DNA of 63,956 bases, counting the filler, from Hyphochytrium catenoides (Eukaryota > Protista > Hyphochytriomycota): NCBI GenBank assembly GCA_900088475.1. It is 11 parts of 11 records of this genome, joined end to end, with 100 filler letters (N's around TTAATTAATTAA, not from the genome) between each part and the next. Parts side by side here need not be neighbours in the genome. Positions count along the whole stretch, not along the records: positions 1,595 to 17,506 come from FLMG01004179.1; positions 17,607 to 44,883 come from FLMG01000107.1; 9 more parts are not named here. One strand, written 5' to 3'. The position numbers and the translations under genes are program-made. Below, in pieces: positions 14,719-25,361 of this stretch; positions within the stretch are counted from its first letter, which is position 1, and the number at the start of each line of letters is the position of its first letter. The notes beneath the pieces were generated by a model. That model was not told the DNA's origin. It saw only the letters and a list, made by a program, of their open reading frames with translations, and ran no database searches.

Positions 14719-17506
14719 ATGGCAAGCAACCAGAAGCTGCGGCAACGCAAGGGACACAAAGGCGAAGCTTGGCAAGTGAAGCTTGAAGGAGATGTCACAC
14801 ATGCCACTGCGAACAAATCTAGGTAGGGTCATTACCTTTACTTCTCCGGCTCCTTTCTGTTTCTGTGAAGCCTTCTTGTCTTTCCCGTCTAGAATCTTTC
14901 TCCTAACCCTCCGTTTGCACGTTGCATTTTCCGTTTGCTAGCTGCTACCTGAATGATCATCGTTATGACGCGCCCGCTTTACTACCTTGTTGTCCTCCCT
15001 GGCCTCTCCTCTTCTCGATATCCGCTGCCGCTTCCATGCTCTCTCTCTCTCTCTTCCTTTCTCCTGTCCCGCGAGTCTCTATTCTCGGTCTCTTCTAGAT
15101 CTTATGTGACGTTCTCTCATTCTCTCTCTCCCTCTCTCTTTCTCTTCTTTTTTTTATTTTTATTTTTCATTCTCTGACGAACGTACCTTTGCTATTCTGT
15201 TATGGTCCAGTGCCCTAGTGGACAGCTCTTACGCGCCGGGCCTGAGGCCTGTCGTGCTGATGTTCTGCGCTCTGCGACTGCTGTCTGCAATAGTAAATAT
15301 CATTTCTGACTGCGATGAGACTTTTAACTATTGGGAGCCTTTACATTATCTTCTGTATGGCTTTGGACTGCAGACCTGGGAGTACAGGTGAGACTAACTT
15401 GCCAGAAAAAGAGACCTAATTGTCTGCAGGAAGAAGAGAGAGAGAGTGGGGGCCAGAGTGCTTCTAAAAAAACAAGAGACTTCATGTAAAAGCATCGCTA
15501 ATCTATCTCTGTCTAGCCCAACATATGCGTTACGGTCCTACACTTACCTCAGCCTCATGGCCGCGGTAGGAAAGGCCGCAGAGCTGGTCAATGGGGGCAA
15601 CAAGGTTCACTAGTTCTCATCATATCGCTACCTTTCACCGCTTCTTTCCAACTTCCATCTCACTTTTCTAACTTTCGGTCAATTTTGGTGACTCTATCTG
15701 TCGATGAAATGACTCCTTTCATCCAACGCTTTGTCTCGTAGGTGGCGGTGTTCTTCTTCCTTCGTGGACTCTTGGGCATACTCTGCGCATTAGGCGAGGG
15801 ACTCTTTTATCGGGCGGTGCTGCACAGATTTGGAAAGTCAGTGGCTCGGTACACTCTGGCTTTTCTAGCTGTAAATGCAGGAATGTTTCTTGCCAGCACA
15901 GGTAAGAACATTGTTAGAGGGAATTGGTGAGAGTTACCGTTGTCATATTGATGTACGAACAAAGCCNNNNNNNNNNNNNNNNNNNNNNNNNNNNNNNNNN
16001 NNNNNNNNNNNNNNNATTGGGGCGTTATGTAGGTGCTCCATTGTTACTGCTGATCTATAAGCTGCTAACACTCTCGCCCATTTGCAGCTTTTCTCCCAAG
16101 TTCATTTTGCATGTACCTCACCATGTTTGTGTACTACTTCTGGCTCCGGAGCCAGTATCACACGGCGGTAAGGGTTTCCTCCATATCATTCTCTAACTTG
16201 ACTGGTCCAAACCCCTTCTCCCTTTCGCCGTTTAACTTCCCCTTGTACCAGTCAACTCATTTACATCGCAACAGCATACGCACTTGGTAGCATTGCCTCA
16301 CTAAACTCTGACGCTGTCCTCCCAGGTATTCCTCGGAGTGCTGGCTGTTCTTCTAGGCTGGCCATTCGTAGGCCTTCTATTCCTTCCTCTCGCCATCGAT
16401 TGCTTCACCCATCGTGGCATCATTCTCTCGCTCTATTATGGAATCTCATCAGTTCTAATAATATTGGTTAGTAATTCCTGCCATTGTGGCCATGTCTGCT
16501 CTGCCATCGATTGCTTCATTCATTGTGGCATCATGCTGGCTCCGTTATCAGTCTCCTCACTCCGAAATAATTGTGGCAGTAGCTTTGGATTGTGGCCCAT
16601 GTCCCTCTTGTTCCTTTCTCTAGCACTCTCGCCGTCCCTCTCCTATTAGAGCGGCCTTGGCTCATCTTTGGCATCGCAAAACTGTCCCTATTGCCTGACC
16701 TCATCTATATTGTCCGTTGGCAGGCTCCTTCAACAGCAATCGAGTACTATTTTTATGGAAAGCCTGTAGTTCCAGCCCTTAATATTGTGCTATACAATGT
16801 CTTTGGAGGAGGCGGAGGAGCAGGTAGCGCTCATTCAGTTATGCTGCAACCACTCCGTTGAGTTAGTTTCACTGGCCTATACCTCCTTCCTTGTCATCAC
16901 TTCCTTGTTCTCCATATCTTCTGGTCTAGTGGGTGCGACTGTAAACTGCCTCTTGTCGTTCACCGCATTTTCTTTCCTGCCACTCAATTTGTCAGGATCG
17001 ACTCTTTACGGCGTTGAACCTGCCTCGTTCTACCTGAAAAACCTGCTCTTGAATCATAACCTCAGCTTGATACTTGCACTTGGGGCTGTGGCGGTATGAT
17101 AATCATCCCTTGGCTTTTGCACTTCAGGCATAGTTCATCTCCTCTAAGTCTTACAGGCTATGTGTTTAGGAAGTCCGGCTGTATGTGGGACTCCTTCTCA
17201 TTCACTTCCCTTTGTCAGGCCATGTGCATCGACTTCTTGCTCCGGAGCAATAAGCCACAGGCTTTCCACGTCTTCCGGTTCCTTCTCTTCCTTTCGCCAA
17301 TGTAAGGCATCAAAAGACTATGGAAATGCGAGGGTGGGGAGGTCTACCTGATTGTGATACATCTTTCCATCTTCAACCATTGTTTTTAGGTACCTCTGGT
17401 TCATCTTTATGATGGCACAGCCCCACAAAGAGGAGCGGTTCATGTATCCCATATACCCTCTCTTTTGTCTCGCAGCGGCCATTTCTTTGAGGGTGGTGGT
17501 TCACTG
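14719..17506 (+). CDS. ALG9: ALG9 alpha-1,2-mannosyltransferase (GT22), multi-exon, 3' truncated by linker
   Basis: Exons encode MASNQKLRQRK..., IISDCDETFNYWEPLHYLLYGFGLQTWEYSPTYALRSY, FLPSSFCMY, LGWPF, NIVLYNVFGGGGG, LYGVEPASFYLKNLLLNHN and QPHKEERFMYPIYP, all hallmark ALG9 motifs. Head-to-head with VWA8 (starts ~715 bp apart). Confidence 0.93.
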
Positions 17507-17926
17507 NNNNNNNNNNNNNNNNNNNNNNNNNNNNNNNNNNNNNNNNNNNNTTAATTAATTAANNNNNNNNNNNNNNNNNNNNNNNNNNNNNNNNNNNNNN
17601 NNNNNNCATACGCTCTGGTCCATTTGTTCAAAGGCAACCTCGGGCGCATCCACAAGCACTGTTCCTAAAATTATTGCCTCGCCCTGCAGATTTTGAAGAC
17701 TCATTACGTGGTGTAAGACTGGACGTAAGACTGCAGCCCAACCGTTGCGCATTCCCTCTTCGGCCTTTGCGCCTTTACAAAGATCCTAACCTGACACGAG
17801 GTCTTTCTGCATCTATTGATCCCTCCTGCTGATTAAGGCATCCACAGATGCCCCAGCCGGTTGGGCTAAAAAGGCTAGGTTTGGCGGTCCATAAAGCATC
17901 TCCGTGAGAAACCTCGTAAAAGGAAA

Positions 17927-20900
17927 ATGGATCAGGAAAATCTGCCGGTGCAGATTAGTCAATCCTCTACCGCAGATGGCTGGGAGCTTAGTAAGGAGAA
18001 TGTAAAACCACTTAAAAGAGGTCGAAACGTTCAAAAGCTAAATGAGACTGTATCTGAAACAATGCAGTCCAGACAAGAGCGACTCGAGGATCAGAAGAGG
18101 TATACCCGTTTGTGGTCAAGGCCCATCAAGTAATAACTCACCAACACTGTATACCCCTTCAGAGCCTTCGAGGACTCTTTGCTTCAAGCAACCCACTCGC
18201 CCGACCCGCTCCAAATCTGGATAAGGTACTGAGACTTTGCTTTGCCATACGCCATAACGAACTTAGACCCAATACCTCGCAGGTACATCAAATGGGCACA
18301 GGCCGAGTATGTCACTGACAAATCGCAGGAAGTGCTACATCTTCTGGAGAGGTGTACTTCCAAGTTTAAGGCCGAGGAGCGATACAAAAATGATCCTCGA
18401 TTTATCAAGCTATGGATAGCCTATGTAGGCCTCTAGAAACTTACGCTTTGCTCACTTTGGTGAGTGCCCCTCTGACGCACTCCTCATGACCTGGCAGGCG
18501 GACATAATTCCAGACCCCTCAGAAGTCTTTAAGTTTATGTATAAAAACGGCATTGGTAAAGAGTTAGCCCTATTCTACATTGCTTGGGCTTGGGCCGCAG
18601 AGTCAGCCGGCAGTTACGCGAAGGCTGACAAGATCTACACCACCGGACTAGACAGGTAAGGGAACCTCGTGCAGCAACAACGACCCGAGTTCACTCTGTC
18701 ATCTGCTACTAGAGGTGCTTGCCCTCTAGAAGCACTCCAAAAACGACACAAAGAGTTCCAAAGGCGAATGAGCCGGATGTGGCTCCAGAAGTCTGAGGAA
18801 CACGAAGCTTCGAATCCCATTGAAGCAGAAGGTGCTTCAGCACGAGCCTTTGGCCAGGATCTATCGAGTAGTCGAAGCCAGCAATTTAAACCAAGAGGAA
18901 ACCTGCTTGTTCCTGCTAGCGAGGCTGCTAATCGTGCAAGAGTTTCGAATGCGGAAGTCAGCATCTTTTGTGATGAAAACTTGCCCTCTACGGTGCAAAC
19001 TCCCGTATTGGAGGGCTCCAATTCAGTCATCTGGAACAAGCTTGGAACCGAGAGGCAAAGGAGGAAAGAGAACACAGGTACATTCGCTATTTCAGTTAGT
19101 CTGCTCCCTTTCTCAGTTGTAATCTAAGTTGCTCGATGCTCAACAGTCAGTGCGACGAGTTGGAACAATCCTATAGCACATACGGAGAGCGTTAGCGATT
19201 CGAGAACTGTGGTACCGCAAGCTAGCTTTGCAATATTCACCGACGAAGGTTGCGCAACGTCAGAGAGCAAGAAAAAGGAGCCTCTCCCGTCGGCGAGACG
19301 AGGACTCACAATCCGTCAAAATCTTGAGGGTCCGAGTGGCGCTAATCAAGTATTGAAAAGTGGTGAAACGAAGCCTGCACTTGCCGAGAGAAAGGCACCT
19401 AAATCAAAGCAGGTCAAAAGGCCTTCGTCCTCCGCTTCCGCAGCTCAAATAGTGGGGCACGTGTCTGGAGAGGAAGAAGTCAGCTTTGAAGAACGACGCG
19501 CACTAAAATGGCTGAAGAAGAACTCTCTCGCCCGGACAGTGACGCTGAACCGAAACTCTCCGGCCGAGACTCTTGATGCTAGGTAAGTCATCAGCTAGCA
19601 GCGCATAGGTTACCTGGCCCAAGACTAAGCAATGTGCAGTGTCGCCTCAGCGGCAGTGCTTCGGAGACTATCCTTTCGCGACGACCCTGCACCAGGTTAG
19701 TGCATCTGCTTCCACCTCTTGGCACTTTCTTACGCTGACAGAGGACTATACAGCAGAATCTCAAGAAACGGTTGTGCTGTCCCAGCTGTCCGGAACAGCA
19801 AAAGGGCAAATACCAAACACTACGGGCCCACAGGCCGAAGAAAGTGAAGACATGACGATCAACACAAAATTCGCGATCAAGGACCTACAAGACATGTTCT
19901 CAAGCCCGTCCCCGCACAAAGCAGATAGTTCTGATATAGCAGCTGTAAAAACGCCAGTCGTGGTTCAGGATACTGCACCACCCACGTTCCAAATTTTCAG
20001 CGATATAAAGACTGAAACCGAACCAAACTCCAAGCCAGGATTTTTGAGCGAGCCTGGACAATCTGCCTCAGGGACAGGTGGATCTCTAGGCTTCGAGATA
20101 TTCTCAGACTCTTCGGCAGAAAATGAGGCAAGAGGACCCCGGCCAAGGCCCCGACCAGGACTGAGAGCCTATGGCCATAGCACAGTTGATACCGAGAACG
20201 TTAGAGCTCCGAGGAATCTAGCCAGGTAGTGCCTTTCAAATAAAAACTATGGAATAAAGAGTCAAAAGTGAAGTCTATGGCTAGTTTCAACAATCCCACA
20301 CTTGAGAATGAAAGGGATATCGACCAAACTAGCAAGAAACGCCAGCGCTTTGTGAGGTATGGACAATTCCACCATCCTACCTGGCTGTCTAACCTACTTC
20401 ACTAGGGAAGCGCTTGATACCTATGTAGTGACACGACCTAAGAAAGCCTCAAGGCTCCTTGTTGACCCATACAATGCTGACCATCGCAAGAAACTGATTG
20501 AAGATAAGAGAGTCCAAGACGACGTCCTTGCTGCTGAGACCACATTCCATTTTCCAAGTGTCAGTCTCGACTTCGGCTGCACTGGATCAAGGGCTGAGTC
20601 CATCTTTCTTGGGTCTACAAACTACGCTATTCTGGGCTTTTTAGGAAGAGGATCGTATGGGAATGTGTATGCCATACGCTCCACCAAAGGTCCCGCCCCT
20701 GTAACTTGCGCACTGAAGGTAACCTCCCAACCTAAAATTTAGGACGACTAGATTCAGTGAAACATCTTCGTACAGATTGAAAAGAAGTCAAAGTATCTGA
20801 TATGGGAGCTTCACATCCTTCATATGCTTCAAGAAAGAAGTAGCTCGAAAAACGAGTTTCTACCTCGAATGTATGGTTTGTACGTATACAGGGTAAGTCC

Positions 20901-21952
20901 CTAAGAACAGATGACTGCGATCTGTGCTGCTCCGTCACAAGAGAACTCTATAACCAAGCGCAGAATATGAGCGCACTTGCAATGGAGCTTGGACAGTGTT
21001 CGCTACACGATTTGATCAATATGAAGCTAAAGGTCTGTTAGCCTTGAAGCTACCATAGGATGAACCTATTGTCAACAAAAGCTCCTATCCCTCAGAATGG
21101 CATCAAGGTTGATGAGTTACTTGTGGTGCACTTCACGATCCAAATGCTCGAAGCCGTCCATGAACTCCATCGCTGCCGCATTATCCATGGAGACGTTAAG
21201 GTGCGATGCGCATCAACTAACTCCCAGATACTAGACTAACATATACGAAATTTGGCTGCCCAACTTCCAGCCAAACAACTGGATCCTAGTCACAAGATTA
21301 GCCAGTAATCGGGCCAAAACAATCCAACTGAAGCTTATTGACTTTGGAAGAGCTATAGATCTGAACTGCTACCCGAGAGGCACCTTTTTCAAAGGAGACT
21401 GCCATGCTTCTGCCTTCAAGTGTGTCGAAATGCTGCAGAAGAAGCCTTGGAAGTATCATGTGAGTTACTTCTTGGTAGTCAAAATATCCTCAGCTCAAAG
21501 CACTCAGTGCCTGACACTTCGCATAACAGATTGATGTTTTCGGAATTGCTGCCACGACTCATTGTCTGTTGTTTGGTGATTACATCGAACTTGAGCAGAA
21601 AAATGGTCTATGGTCAACCAAGAGCATTTTTAAACGGTCTGTGGAGCTCCGATCCTGGGTCCTTTGGAGGAAATATAACATCTCTTGGTCAAGGTACTGG
21701 AACAGACCATTGTGGTCTACCTTCTTCAACAAAATGCTGAACCTACCCCGAGAGTTTGACTCCCAAGCCCTTCTCGGCAAGATGACCAGCTTGCTTACCC
21801 ACCATCTGGAAGGTTCTGACGCAGTCAAGGTAGAGAACACCTAATGCTGTAACTTTCGTCGCATTCGCTCACTGCCTACTCCATAGGCGCTGGAAGAGGC
21901 AATGGCTATGGAGGTTCATAGAGTTAAGGGTCTGAAAGTGGGTGCGTTCTAG
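17927..21952 (+). CDS. BUB1: Spindle assembly checkpoint protein MadBub (BUB1/BUBR1-MAD3 family) with C-terminal kinase
   Basis: WELSKENVKPLKRGR (KEN1), TPR region (YIKWAQ...RYKNDPRFIKLWIAY...GIGKELALFYIAWA), SIFCDE/RRKENT/FAIFTDE, GLEBS-like EEVSFEERRA, TINTKFAIKDLQDMF (CD1), kinase GRGSYGNVY...ALK...HGDVK|PNNW...LIDFG. About 16 short GT-AG introns; stop TAG at 21950-21952. Confidence 0.93.
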
Positions 21953-22309
21953 CGGTAACAGATTTGTCACAGAGGTTTAAGCTTTCTCAGTGGATGACGG
22001 TGAGGCTTAACGCATTTACAAAACTTTATCGACCCGATATCGGTGCTGTAGAGCAGCCTCTAAGGGGCCAAGCTGTTAAGCTAGCTGACCTACCTCATCA
22101 GATAACAGTGCCCTGGTTAGGTTTAAAGCGTTTAGCCTGTTGAGTCCACGGACAGCAAAATGATGCTTGTTGGGTTTGTTTTCTTGTATTACCTCGTAGC
22201 CTTCTGAGCGTAGGATGAGAACCTATTCCGAGACGGTGGCAACCCAATGAGCGCGAGAGCTTGTCCAGATGGCACCCTTACCACCCCAAACTCATCAGGA
22301 GTTGCGACG

Positions 22310-24606
22310 CTATAGGCACTTGAGATGGTCTGCAGCATGTATGATGTCTCTCAGCACTGCGGCGGCCGTGGGAATCACGGTGGGCTCATCAATTTTCATG
22401 CTGAGAACCTCAAAGAGATCGGAGGTGAAGACTATCCCCATCTCCCAGGAACTCACGGAGCCCAAAAATGAGCCTGTCAGAAGGGAGGGTATACATCTTC
22501 ATAAGACAGAGAAGACTAAGAGAGAATGAGAAAGGCCAACTTCTACGCACTTTTGCTAATCTCCTTTGGAGCCACATTAAAGCTGTAGTTCCCGTCTGCC
22601 TGTCTCTCTGCGCATGCAAGCTAAGGATACCAACTATCAGATGATGAACAACCATGGCAACAATGGGATAACGACATCTTACAAGTTTAATAACATTTCC
22701 CCGCGCCTTGGCCTCTGCCAGGTCCTTGTGAGAGAGATCTGTGATACCTAGCAATTCAGTCAAGTCATGAGATCTATAAGTTTAGCCGACGGCAAGACAA
22801 AGATCTATAGACGGCCCAGTAACAGCTAGAAGCGTTGGCATCCTCAGAGCGACAGCGGAGCCATAACCAGGCGAGTTATATAACCATAAGGGCACGAATG
22901 ACCAAGGAAAAGAGGTGGACGAGAACGAAAGAGTTTGAGAAAAGCAGACAAGTGACATAGCACTGTCGGTTTACCTTGTACCCGAACATCCGAGAGCTTT
23001 GCTACCTTCGAAGGACGCAATACGCTGTTAGCGATTATGACTAGTTTGTTCGCTGTATCCCAGCCACCAACATCTAGTGATGGGTCCGCCTCCGCTATGC
23101 CAAGTCGCTGGGCTTCTTGTAAGGAGGATTCATAGTCCTTTCCGCCTAGGGATCGAAGGGGGAGAATAACGTCAGAGGTAACACATTGTTGATTGGATGC
23201 GATCATGAATGAATGCAGATTGTACAACATGGTGACAAAGTGCGTAGGTGGTGCTATCTCTCGATACCTTCCATTGCACTAAGAATGAAGTTGGAGGTTG
23301 AGTTGAAGATGCCTTCTACTTTGTGAATGACTGCCGCCGTCATGTCCCTTACTCCAACATTCAAAACGGGCAAGCCCCCGCACACTGTTGCACTTGCCAG
23401 CAGTGGACAACGTCTCTCTTTGGCTAAGCTGAGGTGAACGAAAAAGACCATCAGCGGATCACGGAGAACGTTAGCCAAGAGCGAACTTGTGATGACGAGA
23501 TGCCGTGTTATAATAAGAAAAGACTATAATTAGAAAGGACCCGCAAGGGAAGCAGGGGAACAGAGAGTTTCGACCTAATCTGAGGAGAGTAACGTCTTCA
23601 TCACGAGAGTTAGTGGAAAGAAGAGGCTAGACAATCGCTATAGGAGGAAAAGACCGCAACCTTTATGGGTGGACGAAGCACCAGTTTGGGGGTCAACAGC
23701 GGACTCCTGCCGTGTTTGGACGTACCTGGTAAGTTCTTCGTAGTACAAGACCTAGAGAGAGCATAAGGAGGAGAACGGAGAGAGTTGTGTTGGCAGGAAG
23801 GGGAAAGACGAGACGTTTGAGACAAGAACGTTGAAGAGGACGGGCGGGATGGTGAGCCCTGGCCGCTGTCTTCCTATCTCATCGTAAGCCTCTTCCTTCC
23901 TTTGTCCTCACTACTCCCTATTTCATGTCCGCCATACACTTCCTCCCGTAGCCCCGTTTCCTCTTTGCAGCCTATCTATCTTCGCATCTGTAAGAGATCT
24001 CTCTCCTGGGACGGCTCTATACTCCTCGTCCTAACCCCTCTCCAGTATCTTTGTTCGCTTGCAGGACCAATGAGCCATACCTACCAGTGGTGACTTGTTG
24101 GCTAGAACTACGGCCTTCCCACGGCTTAGGGCAGTCCTAATGCAGGACACGGCGGGTTCCCCATCTGTCAGGTTTACCGTTGTAGCCTCCACAAGAATCT
24201 CGTACTCAACTTGTGCCGAGACCTCAAGGCCATTGGAGAAGCGTTGAGAGGCCTGGGGATGATCTGCCACGGACAATTTTTTGTTCTTGTGGTCGAGGAG
24301 AGACCTAGGAATGACAAGAGAACAAAGTGAGGACAGTGGAAGACTTGGTACAGTGCCTCCGCCAAGGGGTGGCGGAAGTGACGTGTGAGGTCTGTAAGGC
24401 GAAAGTGTTCCCTACTTCAGATCGAAGCCATCGGAGGCGTAAGCTCCGCCTCCCGAATCTGCAACTCCAACCACCTTTATTATGACTCCGTAGGTGCTTT
24501 GCAGCACTGCTGCCTTCTCAAGCAAGATTTGACAAAGATGGCGATTCACAGCTCCATAGCCAAGAAGGACGAGGCGGATTACCCGTTGTTTGCCCTGCTC
24601 CTGCAT
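22310..24606 (-). CDS. hom: Monofunctional homoserine dehydrogenase (short type, no aspartokinase or ACT domain), multi-exon
   Basis: Rossmann motif RLVLLGYGAVN, ILVEATTVNLTDGEPA...VVLANKSPLV, SATVCGGLPVL, EGIFNSTSNFILSAME, AQRLGIAEADPSLDVGGWDTANKLVIIAN, and C-terminal WEMGIVFTSDLF...PTAAAVLRDII...CL*. Exons join in frame at GT-AG sites. Confidence 0.9.
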
Positions 24607-25361
24607 GGCAGCACCGCTGGTTCCACTAATCATGCTGCTGATCAACGATGACGCCCTCTTATCCAATAGATAGACAGGCCGTGTCTCGAAGATCCAGCGC
24701 CTTTTAGCTCTATGCAAGTGCCTCACCTGCCGTGGCCCAGCCTGGCTCCAGATTATCAACAACAGGATCTGCACCTGACCCAGATCTGCAACCACCTTCA
24801 TCAGAATCTCTCTTCTGTGCCATCTAGGATTCCTATAGTGGCTCGCTAACGGCTAGAATTTTGTCCGTTTTGGATGTGATGATGGCGAAAGGTTACGAGG
24901 CCGAAGGAAAGAGCATGCCTGGCATCTTCCGACAGCTGCAGAGATAGGAGGAGGATATCGCGAGGGCTGACCAGCTCTTGTCACCCTTTAGGTTAAATAG
25001 AGGCAGAGGATAGCTTATGATAAATACACCGCATACACAGTCCTTCGCCAACACCCTGGTCCGCTGAGGACAACTCTAAGAGGAGGAGAGAGGCGCAGCT
25101 GCAGAGGTAGGAGGTGGACTAGACCTAAGGTAAAGATGGCTACCCCCAGCCTTTGCGTCTTTCCCTTTGTTTGTTAAGAGATATGTGATGTGTCGCGTTA
25201 TTCCACGTGAGGAGAACGTGGCCTGATCTCTAAACCTTAAGAACCCTTCTGTCCCTACGTTCTCCACCCAGTGGCCCCCTGAACTTGTCGAAGGCTTCTG
25301 AACTCTTCATAGCTCGGTCGCCTCACGGATCGCTATCTTTATGACAACAGTCACACAGTTC

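Noticed and set aside
24871-24974. Box C/D snoRNA (GTGATGA 24876 ... CTGA 24967 with a short tgg/cca stem)
   Set aside because: Boxes are short and common, and I found no convincing 10+ nt rRNA guide (only gttacga resembles the 18S 3' end complement). Snoscan/Infernal would be needed.
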